64,000 bases of DNA. Origin: Utricularia gibba (taxonomy: Eukaryota; Plantae; Magnoliophyta). Position 1 is the stretch's first letter; the number at the start of each line of letters is the position of its first letter. Shown in pieces: positions 39,388 through 50,141 of this stretch. The stretch is taken from positions 682,001 to 746,000 of the forward strand of contig CM007990.1 of the NCBI GenBank assembly GCA_002189035.1. The letters run 5' to 3'. The notes beneath the pieces were generated by a model. The model was not told the origin of the DNA, did not search any database, and saw nothing but the letters and a program-made list of their open reading frames with translations. Both the position numbers and the translations under genes were made by a program.

Positions 39388-42300
39388 CTAGAAGCGCCTG
39401 ATATCCCGGGGCGGCTTGAAATGCAGGGGATGAGTTTCTGGAGTTGCAGTGGCGTCCTCCTTCCACATCTTGATCGTCTTGTCGGCCTCGCACGTGATCA
39501 GCCTCGACCCTGTCACGTCGTACGTGATTGAGTAGATGCCCGCTTCGCTATCCAGTGAACCTGAGCACACGAAACCATGCTTGTTTCAGAGGGGGTGACT
39601 GGAGGGTGGCAGGGATTGCATTGCCCAGGTTTGGGATTTGCTTACCGGGTTGGACGATGGTTTGCGCCTGTTGAAAGTTGTGGCCGCTCTTCCAGTCCCA
39701 GAACCATAAGCTCCCATTGTCGCCTAGACCCCCAGAAGTGAAATTCAGAAAGAAGGCAAACAAACCATGGCTAGCATCTTTTTCAACAGGAATGAATCAT
39801 GAAAGCCGTTCATGGACTAGGTGGTTCTCACCTGCTGTGGCCAGCACACCGTCCTCATTGACTGCCGCGGAGTTGATGATTGTTTTCTGCTGAGAACTGC
39901 AAACGCAGGAATCGGTTCATCATTGTAAAGATCCAAAAGCCAAGTGGTGGAGTTGAATATCTACTAAAGAAAACTCACAGCATGTTATGCATGAACTCTC
40001 CCCTGGGAAGTTTGAACTTTTTTATGTTGTCAGCGGAAGCAGAGACAAAGGCGTCCCTGTAGAATGATTTAGAGAATCAGCAAGAAGAAGAAGAGCGGCA
40101 AGGGAAATGCGTAGCAGTCATTCATTACAAGGTCCAGTTGCTAGAGATGCTTACTCTTTAGGATGTGGAGCCATAGCCCGGACCGACTTTTTATGGTGCG
40201 TCAAAGTTGAAATTGTTTTACCTGGTGAATAGTAAGAATTCAACTTACAAGACAATAATAAACGAAAACCAAAAGCCACAGGCCTCAAGATTTTTTTGCG
40301 GATCAAAGTAATCACCATATCTAAGATCCCAGAGCTTTATAGTATTATCATGAGAACCAGTTATGACTTGTGGATCCTGCAACACCCATGCAGCAATAAG
40401 TTAGCTAAAGGAAGCTCAACAAGTCATTCAGCAACAAGGTAAAAAGTTAATCCAATCACAGGCACTGCTTCGGGTACATATGGTACAGTAGGATCAACAC
40501 TGAATAAAACATATGGAACTTGTTCCCTTCACTGTTTTTTTTTTCTTATATGTAATATATCCCAATAGGTAAAAAGAATCATGTGAATGCAAACTATGAA
40601 ATGCAAAATCGGCCACAAATTGACCCCATGTAAAGTTAAGAAGAAACGGTAAACTCCACAAATGGTAATTCTTATATGCAGAAAACAAGGATGATACCGT
40701 AGGCCTTGTGAAGACTGAACAAACTGTGTTTTCATGACCACTGAGTGCATGAATTTGCATTTTGCTGCGGATATCCCACACCTAAGATTATCAGAAACTC
40801 TAACGAATCAGCATGTATATGGTGTTATTCAGACATGAGTAGCTGAAAACACATATGCTAGTAGACAACTAAACATAGAGTGTGCCATACCCGGCATACA
40901 GAATCCCGGCCACCTGTGAGCAGTATGTCAATAGTAGGATGAAGTGCTAGGCAGTATACACCACTAAGATGACCATGATAAGAACGAATAACCTGAAACA
41001 CATGGATGCTTAGTAAATAATTCACAGGCAGGCCATCTCAAACAGGAGTGAGGGCTGACTAACTTTATTCTGCTCTAGGTCCCAACATTTAACTAACTTA
41101 TCATCACCGGCTGAAAACATGTATGTGTGCTTGCTACTAATAGCCAGTCCTGAAACAAGTGTCACTTTGTCACTTCAAGACCACAGAAGCAATTAAAACA
41201 TCATCTATGGTGCTCAATGGGAAGATGCACAACCTCGTATCTGGTCAATGTGGCCAGTAAGGGTAAGCTTTAGCTGACCAGAAGCTAAGTCCCAAATCTG
41301 GAAACCATAAGAACGGAAATAAGCAGGTTAGACGAGAACCGACTATAAGAAGTAAACGAAATCCGGAAGACTCAGTAGCAAGGCCAGGAAATAACCGGAG
41401 GTGCTCTCCTGAAACAAGCAATATTTCATTTCTAACCTTGATTGTTCGATCAGCTGAACCTGTGCAAAACCAAGTATTGCTTGGGTCAACAGCAACTGAC
41501 CGTACCCACCCTAAATGGCCACTAATGACCTATAAGGTTTAATAATACATTACATATACATCAAAAAAATATACATTACATATAGAAATGTACATGATCA
41601 TACATCAAAAACACCAGGAATGAAGCCTTCTGCAGCAAAAAAAAAAAAAAAAAAAAAAAGACCAACAAAACTTCTTACTCTGTAATTCTTCCATGGTGGA
41701 CGCCAAACAGGTCTAGGCCATCTACTTGGAATTCTTTCCATGATGGCAGAAGTTGAAAGATTCCTGGTACAAAGAAGCAGAGTTGAGAAAACACAGCATC
41801 ACTTCATCCTGCGCTGGGGCTAGGGTGGTTTCATGTAAAAGGTGAAATTCTACGAACGATGCATTTTGACTACATGACTATTTCGACTATTTTATTGGAT
41901 TAGAATATAATATCAGAGCAAATACTCCATCACCAGGGAGCAATTTGTCTTAAAAAAACTGAATTTCAGAACAATAGAGTGAAAATAAATTGTCAAGTGT
42001 AAGTAATAGATCCAAAGAAACATCTCAAGTGTGAGCTAAAATAGCAGATCATGAAAAACCTGTCTGATGATACGTTAGTAGAAATAACAGCTTTAGACCC
42101 GCCTTGGACACCAGCATCAGAGCTACAGGAAAGAAATCCGTTGATAAAATAGATATACTGCAGGAAAAGTCACAGGAATGCCTATAATCACTCATTTTGA
42201 AACATACCCAGCCCCAGCTTGCCCTGGTGAAAAAACCACCAAATCCTTCTGCAAACCTCCCTTCTCTACGTTTCCTGATCTTTCAGGACCTGAGCAGAAT

Positions 42301-43045
42301 ACGGATTAGCAAACATTAAAAAAAAGTTTGTACTTCAGAGACAAATACCTATATCAGGGACATACACCCCAATTTTCCTATGCACTACACAACTTGGCAA
42401 TATTTTAAACATTAATCAGACAAGGATTTCAAGACTGGTGGCGAATCCTCCTACCTGGAAGCGCAAGCGCACTGGAAGGAGCAGAGACCTGAGATGCTTG
42501 ATTAGCTGTTCCTGCAACGCGTGTAGAAGGCTCTTTTCCACTGCCAAGTACTCCTCCATACTCCATTTTTAGCTATAATTCAGCAGAGAAAATGGATACA
42601 TGAGTCACTAATCCCAACCCACGTTAAACAGCGTAACAGTAATATAAAGTCTCTGTAAGTACAAATTTCTTCTCTCCATCTCCAGAGAAAAGACACGCCA
42701 TGAAAAATTATAAGGAAAACCAGTAAGTGATGCAAATCACAAAAGTTAATCTTATGGCGACTAACAAATATAGCTGAGAACCAACCTTGTGGGTCACTCG
42801 AATCTTCTTGCTGTAGTCCAGGACATGGGAAAAAGGCACACATTTCAATTACTAGCCAGGAAATCAACAATATACAATAAACTTCCAGTGGATGACGGCA
42901 TAGAAAACCTTTCGGGGTCAGGTGGCGGGAATTGTCCGTGGGCTGGGGAGAACAGATCAAGGGCTCGCTTCATTGACTTGAAGCTGAGCTTTTTCAACGA
43001 CTGCGGCTCGACGGGAAGCTCTGAATCCATCGTAGGTCCTGGCAT
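39388..43045 (-). CDS. PRL1: PLEIOTROPIC REGULATORY LOCUS 1 (WD40 NTC/MAC splicing factor); 17 exons traced
   Basis: [21 protein letters not shown]; [32 protein letters not shown]; [15 protein letters not shown]; C-terminal KPPRDIRRF. Confidence 0.96.
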
Positions 43046-43353
43046 TCGTACAAAAATATCGCTGCAACTTTCTAGTACTTGAAAGCGCTTGTCAATAGGG
43101 GATTTCCAGCCGGTCGCGGACGGCAACTCCTCGGCGGCGGACCCAGCCGGTCGCGGACGGCGAGCGAAAGGGCAATGTTTCAACTTGGATTGCAATTCCG
43201 ATTTACGCCAAAAATGAAAAGGATTTAATTTACTAGGGCCCAAAATTAGAAATAGGAGAAACCATAGGGTCAGAATGAAAAAAACATTTCTCCCAATTTA
43301 AAATCAATCCCGCTAGGGATTCCGCGATTAGGGTTGCCTGTCGTGACACAAGC

Positions 43354-43902
43354 ATGTCGAAGAAGAACGATCTCGCTCGCCGGAAAAGGCTCCACGACTT
43401 CGATTTGAAAAGTAAGGGGTTTTTGACTCTGAAAGCTTTTCGCTAGTTTCGTTTTCTTCTTTAATGCTCGATGTGGTTTCTTAGAGTTTCGTAATTGGCT
43501 GTGTGGACAGGGAGAAAGAAGCGAATGCGAAAAGGGAGAAGAAGCTTGACGCGAAGAAGAACAAGATGAAAGTAATTAGCACTCCACCCTCTATTAATCT
43601 TCTTTGTGAAATTGATGGTTTACTTCGTTTGGGTACTTTTTGCTGTAATTTTCCATCTGGGCTTTGTCAAACCATGTTCAACAAATCATTTTTTCCCAAT
43701 GTGATAGATCCTACCAGTTTTAGATTATCCACAATCTAGGATTCTGTATCTTGATTGTGATATGTTCAATCAACAGGTTGATGGTGGCGTAAAGAAGAAC
43801 AAGGGTGGAAGTGGATTTCGTGTAGGTAAGAAAAAATTGAAAACAAAGATGACGCCTTTGGCAAAAGCTAAGGCAGCTCAAGCAATGGCGATTGACAAGT
43901 GA
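43354..43902 (+). CDS. Small (~81 aa) Lys-rich conserved uncharacterised protein; 3 exons
   Basis: MSKKNDLARRKRLHDFDLK / EKEANAKREKKLDAKKNKMK / VDGG...KKKLKTKMTPLAKAKAAQAMAIDK with clean GT-AG junctions; one homopolymer base missing at the exon 1/2 junction; resembles At2g45860 (recalled). Confidence 0.8.
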
Positions 43903-44280
43903 GAGACGGATACAATTTTATGGAAATCCACCTCCATCTAGTGTTGCTCCTTTTTGCTTTGTTCTGAAGGTGATACGTGTTCCGGTTCTTGAGATTCAAA
44001 GTTTGAACAAGAGTATTTGCTGTAAATATATATTCACTGGAAACCATTGCTATGTATGACTATCCATCATTTGGTGATAGATCCTGTTTGCGGTTTTGCT
44101 GCCAAATGACTATGTGAATGCATTGAAGCCTTTCTTGCTGCCAAATAATGACTTGTGCCTCTCTTCTTACTTGCTGTATGGAGTACTCTTCTGCACCATT
44201 GAATTGCAGAGAACAGGGGACACCCTGAGAGGAGTTCTTGATCATGAGAATGTGCTGCTCCAAACAAACTACCACATTTT

Positions 44281-44300
44281 GGTTGGTTGGTTGGTTGGTT
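44281..44300. repeat. (GGTT)5 microsatellite
   Basis: Direct reading of sequence. Confidence 0.9.
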
Positions 44301-44866
44301 GTTATGATGGAGATCATAAAAGTTCATCCCTAGTTGTAAGTGGTTGTGAACCAGATTCAATTAGCTTGCATTAAGCTTGGATTAGTAAGTGATTTGTGCT
44401 AAAAGGAAGTTTTAGAGGATAACAGCCTGTCAGGGCCCACGTGGCGGGGGACCAGTGTCAACTAGGGCCCACAATAGTTCAGCGTTTTGAAAACTGTCGG
44501 CAGCTGGATAGGGTATTCTGTACATCTCGCGCTCACGGTAACATCCTGTCCGCGTTTAGAGAGAAACTGCAATCGAAACTAAACGATCCTGTCCGTCGGA
44601 TTTGTCGACCCCACGGTAGTAGCGTGCACCTCACCATCAGATGACCACACAGCATCAAAATCGTGGAGGATAAAGGGATAGAATCCCGGCGTCTGTAGTG
44701 GAATTCACTGCGATTGTTTTGATCATCGCTACGTGCTCTCATGGCATCCGTTTGATTCCAAGTGCCATTTCTGTGCTTTATTCGGCGGTGGGCAGCTGCC
44801 CGGAAGGGGATTCCCGGAAAGTTCGTTTCTTGGAGATAGTATATATAGACGGAGTTAGAGAAGCAA

Positions 44867-45937
44867 ATGGTGGAAGCCGCAGCGACGCCGGTGGAGGTGC
44901 CGAAGGAGAATCCTGACGCGCCTGATGCGATGGTGAAGGCGGAGGATAAGCTGGTGGTTCAAGACGCTAGTATGAATATTCGGAACCTGTTTTTCGTTAG
45001 TTCTTGTTTTTTGGATGGGAAATGTGATTGGGTAAGTAATGGTTGGAATTTTGACAGAGGTACAGGAGCCAAGCAAAAGCTCAAAGGGATCCTTAGACAG
45101 AGGTGATCTTTTGCTCGATTCCAATCTGTTGTTTTGATGGGCGGAAGATGCTGTTTCTATAGATTTGACGGTTGAGCACCAAGTGTTTGTCATAAGTTTT
45201 TCAAATTCGTCATTTTTTATTTTGGCTTGTACTTTTGGATCTGTGATTTGTCAGCCCCATTTCAGTGATGAATCTTGCTTTCTATCACCCTTTGTGCCCT
45301 TATGGTATCTGTGCTTTGACGGTTGGAAACATTCTTTTGTTTGTGGCGTTGATTTCTGGTCTCTGGCATTTGATCTTTGTTCAACATGAGCCCAACACAT
45401 TCCGCGGATATGCAGATATTGCTCTTGCGAAGCTGGAAGATGATAAGAGATTGTCTTTCATCAAGGCTTGGGAGCACGAAGAGAAAACCAAGGCAGATAA
45501 CAAGTGAGCCTAAACTTCATTAAGCATTCTCCATTGTATTCTGATTCACATATCAAATGCTTCTTGATGACCAAATAGGGCTCAGAAGAAGACTGCAGAA
45601 GTTAGTTCATGGGAAAACTCCAAGAAGGCAGCTCTTGACAGCAAACTGAAAAAATTTGAGGTAAGTTAGGTCAGCTACCGCTAGCACTCGATAAGCCCAT
45701 AACCAAGCGATTGTAATCAAATCAAGTCCACTTGCAGGAAGATTTAGAGAAGAAGAAAGCTGAATATGGAGAAAAAATCAAGAACAAAGTGGCCACCATA
45801 CACAAACAGGCTGAGGAGAAGCGAGCCGTAGTCGAAGCCAAACGGGGACAAGGTCTCCTCAAGGTTGAAGAAGCGACTGCCAAGTTCCGCGCCACCAAGA
45901 CGGCTCCCCAAAGGGTTGTGGATGCCTTGGAGGTTAA
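44867..45937 (+). CDS. Group 1 remorin; 5 exons
   Basis: IALAKLEDDKRLSFIKAWE.EEK.KA.NKAQKK...WENSKKAA, EYGEKIKNKVA.IHK.AEEKRA.VEAKRG; short Cys-containing end (PPKGCGCLGG*) needs +1 C at 45906-09. Confidence 0.93.
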
Positions 45938-46324
45938 AACCATTTATTGGTGGAGTGATGCTTGCTTTTCCCTTTCTTGTACACATGGCTTCTCTGTTTG
46001 TTGTGTATCCTATGGTGGATGATAACACTCTTCTGATGTGTGATGTGCTCTGAACTACTGCATGTGTGAAAGTTTGATGAAATGTAACATAAAGTTTGGC
46101 TTTTCTGTGCTTCTTCTGAACAATACAAGGAAACCATGATAAATGTTATCTTATAAACTTGCAGAACTGGTTCATGTAAAGCCATGTTGAATCAAACGTT
46201 CAGCTGGGTGAAAAAAAAAAAAAAACCGAGTCAAATGATCATACAAACTCATCATGGCTTCCGTCAGAGGAAAAAGAAGGCAGATCCCACAAACTTTTCT
46301 AGTGCAAAACACTGTAAAATCAGT

Positions 46325-47402
46325 CTAGAAGAAGCCAGATTTGTTGGTCTCCTGAGAAGAGCAGTGAAAGAAGCTTCCATGGCAAAATCCATAGCAATCT
46401 GTATTGTTCTCCAAGAAACTCATGTCATTCTGACTTGGGAAATCCAGAAGCAGCTGCAAAGTGGATTCCGACGAATCTTCTTCAAGTCCACTGGAAACAC
46501 AGGATTCATCTTCGTTGTGATACACATTGCTGAATTCCTTTGCTTTACCTTCGTTGAAGTTCTCGTCTTTAACCACAACCCCTGCTGCTGCTGCTTCAAT
46601 TGTCGTCGTCTCTGAGAGCGACCCACATTTCGAAACTTGGCTCGGGGACGTTTTCTGGTTACCACATTTTCTGAAAGTTTCACCCACTTCAGAGTTCCAG
46701 AGACGGAGGAAGTAGTCGGTTTGGGGCTTTTCCGTTGACGTTGGAATGAAGAGAAGAGATTCTCGAGACAATCGCGCCTCCGCTTCGAGACGGGCGCTCT
46801 CCCATTGAGCCATGTGGCGCGTCGACGGCGACGAGCGCGGCCGGGTCCCGGCGACAGCGGGGACGGCGGTTTGCTCGTGGGTCTGAGGGTCGATTCCCAT
46901 CAGAAGAAGACGCTTCTTCAAATGGGTATTCCATAAGTTCTTAATCTCGTTATCTGTACGCCCCGGAAGCTGAGAAGCAATCGCAGCCCACCTTCAAGAA
47001 AATTCGCTCAAATTGTCGCCATTAATGTCAGAGACGAAAGATCTCTGCATCAGAAATGAATGAAGAAACCTGTTTCCAAGAATGCCGTGTAATTGAACTA
47101 CAAGCTTCTCTTCCTCGGGGCTGAACGGCCCCCGTTTGATATCAGGCCGGAGATAGTTTGTCCATCGAAGACGGCAGCTTTTGCCGCAGCGAAGAAGACC
47201 TGAAGATGCAGCAACGTTAGAGATGACAAGATTTAACAAATTATGACGTGACTCCCATGAAGAAAGAACCTGCGTGCTTGGGGAGAGAGCGCCAGCTTCC
47301 ATGGCCGTTTTTGTTGATGTAATCTAGCAATTTCTCATCTTCTTCAGGAGTCCATGGCCCCTTTTTCAGCCCCTTCTTGTCACAGCACGGCGCTCTTCCC
47401 AT
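46325..47402 (-). CDS. MYB17: R2R3-MYB transcription factor, subgroup 9, MYB17/LMI2-like; 3 exons
   Basis: [22 protein letters not shown]; [26 protein letters not shown]; [12 protein letters not shown]; subgroup 9 motif [20 protein letters not shown]. Confidence 0.9.
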
Positions 47403-49562
47403 GGGAAAACACACAAACTTTTCACATGAAAAAACTTGAATTGAGCTTCAGCGTTGAAACCCGGTAACAAATTTTACACAGTAAGGATAGGTAACCACTC
47501 AACACCAACAAGACTATGAGAGTCCACTGCAAGGGTACCCCTATTTTACTCCACAATGATGAATACACAGCAGAGAAAGCAAGTGGAAATCTTTAAAAAA
47601 TTTGGAGAGAAACAGTGTGGGGTAATAAATAGCTAGGAAACCAGAGAAGGGAAAGAAAAGAAAAGCAAAAGAATCCAGCAGGAGTCAAGACAATCTGAAA
47701 TCATGATCAACCATAAATGTGAGAAGACACAACACTGAACTTCTAGGGTCAAACCGGCGATTGTTCAGCCGGGTTGAGCATTTAATGTTCTTACTAGGCT
47801 GAAATACACATGTTATACGTGTATTTTGTGCAATTAAATTCAACAACATGAACAGTATATTGAATGATTGACACAATGAAACCAAATAATTCTTATATTT
47901 ATTGCTACCTGTTGTTTCCTTGTTCTCAGGTATGCTCCATTCAATTCCTGCAAGAAACTCACATTTTGTTTATGTGGACACAGCATCGATCAGAAAGATT
48001 TCATATTGATGGAGGTAAGGACAAAGCAAAAAGAGGAAGATATAAATTTCAGTTCTTAACTTGGAGGGATGCTGATTACAGTAATACTCGAGTATTTATC
48101 CATAATGGAATGTACAGACAACAGTGAAAAAGAATTGCCAAGTTCCAGCACAGAATACAACAAATGCCACTCTGTTATGCGTTATAAATGCAATATGAAT
48201 ACAAATTAACAAACTGAGGTAAGGGAGAAGGAATTTACCAAGGAAAAAAGCAAGAAGTGGAGGGTGCGCTGTGAACCTACAATGACAGCACATAGTAAAC
48301 CAGGCGATGGCCAAGCATCTGTATTGAAACTCCATTTCTAATCAACTTCAGTTCAGAGGAAACCTTAATCATGTATATAATTTCATGAGATTCTAATTTC
48401 TTAACTTGACCATAGCCTATAGGCTTAGGAGGTAAAATGAATTGGATGTCAACAGCAAATAGACATGCGAGTATCATCCTTTATTGCTACAAAAACCCTG
48501 GGATATCTCCATAAAGAGATTGACAGCTGTGAGGATGAGAGCATTCAATGAGGTCTATTTAATGCTGATAGAGAAAATTCTACAATGAATGCCAACATCT
48601 CCACCTACTCTGACATCCCATCACCTTCGCACTGCAAAATATGGTCCCATTCCCCTTTGCATTCACATTTGTTGGTCTCACCAATGTTTAAGCAGTCAAC
48701 ACCAAGGGAAAGTTTGAGGAATTGAAAGATTTCAATTCCAGTAATATAATGAGATGAATATCCCACAAACGCCAAAGTATCAACACCACACATAATGAAA
48801 TTGTTTCCAATGACCAAAAGGAAATAGTGCGGCTACAATCAACTCACAAGGAAGTGTGGTTTCAGTGCTCAGACTGCATCGATCGCGGTTTTCTCTCTAG
48901 CTTCTTCAATTTCTATCCCACCAGCCCCACCTACAGCACACCCACATGTGCATGCCCATGTGAGTGTCGGCATATAGATACACAGATATGCACGCATTAA
49001 AGACATCTGCAAAGTTCAATTGACAGGGATCCCACATTTCTTTGATTTCAAAATCTTTGAAGTGTTTCTCAGTGATCCACGCTTTCCATTGTGGGTGTAC
49101 TTCCGGTGGCATTTCTTCGTTCATTTATCACCGAAGTCTTTGTTGTGTTTGTGCAGCCACAGAAATATATTCAATACAAAAGAAACTCAGAATCTCCTCC
49201 TTTACTCCTCGTAGGTTCATATCAGAGTTTCTTTGTCAACGAATCAAATTGGCAATTTTCCCTTCAGATACAGGAAAAGCAGCGGCAGCGGCGGCTTCCC
49301 TGTCTAGCGTGACGCCTTATGATGATTGATTCAATCTCCCCATACCCCAGATTTCAAAAGCATCCCAAAACCGCAGAAAGTCGTCATCGAAGTGAATAAA
49401 TAACTCCATGGGCTCAACAGAGCCACAAATTCAACACAAGATCATTGACAATTGCAACTTGTCCTAGAAAGGAATTTCAAACATCAGCAACTCGTTCAGG
49501 GAGATCATCAGGGCTTGATGCTTTAGACTAAATTAGTGCAACGTTTTTCAAGACTACGATAC

Positions 49563-49960
49563 CGGATGTGGGTTTTTGCAAGCCAGCCTACTTGTGCAAG
49601 AAGCTAATTGCAGGTTCGGCCCCAGAGACAGCATCTACACGAAGTCGAATGATAAGGTACAAGCCAAATGAGGAACTAGAAAGCTCACTAACTCAGTATC
49701 CTGTCTGCATTTACACTTCACAAAACTCACCGACTCTCAACAGTCTTCACAACTACAGAGAAAGCTCATATTGACCGACAATTTTTCCAGAAAATTCAGC
49801 CCTAATCACTTCAAAACGGCATCAATAGTCTAGATTTTCACGAAACCAATCGCAAAGAAAATGATTTACCGGCGTCGACTTTGCGGCAGAGGAAACCAAC
49901 CGGCGGCAAAAATGCGAAGAAAGAGCAGAAAGCTGCGCAACCAATGACGAAACTTGATTA
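49563..49960 (-). other. Putative unannotated spliced transcription unit divergent from the PPR-DYW gene
   Basis: Pyrimidine-rich UTR-like first exon ending GCCG/GTAAAT at 49870; internal exon 49704-49563 (TGCAG ... CCG/GTATCG); no recognisable CDS downstream. Confidence 0.4.
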
Positions 49961-50141
49961 CTGACGACGCGTAGAAAGACTTTTACCCACTGTAAATTTC
50001 CTTTTTACCGTTTTTTCTTGTGAGGGTTGATTGATTATTTTACCGTGGATTAATTAAATCATTATTCAAATAATATTCGCGTCACGGCAACATTCTGGGT
50101 TCTGGTTGATCTTTTACTGTAGCATCTGGAAGAAGTGTGAG

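Noticed and set aside
40690-40702. Possible U12-type donor in PRL1 (GTATCATCC)
   Set aside because: Does not match the U12 consensus GTATCCTT; treated as an ordinary U2 intron.
44060-44374. Overlapping ORFs and a short TTGCTGCCAAAT direct repeat downstream of the small Lys-rich gene
   Set aside because: No recognisable protein or miRNA hairpin; probably 3' flanking sequence.
49318-49330. ATGATGA C-box-like motif (snoRNA candidate)
   Set aside because: No CTGA D box at a suitable distance and no terminal stem.
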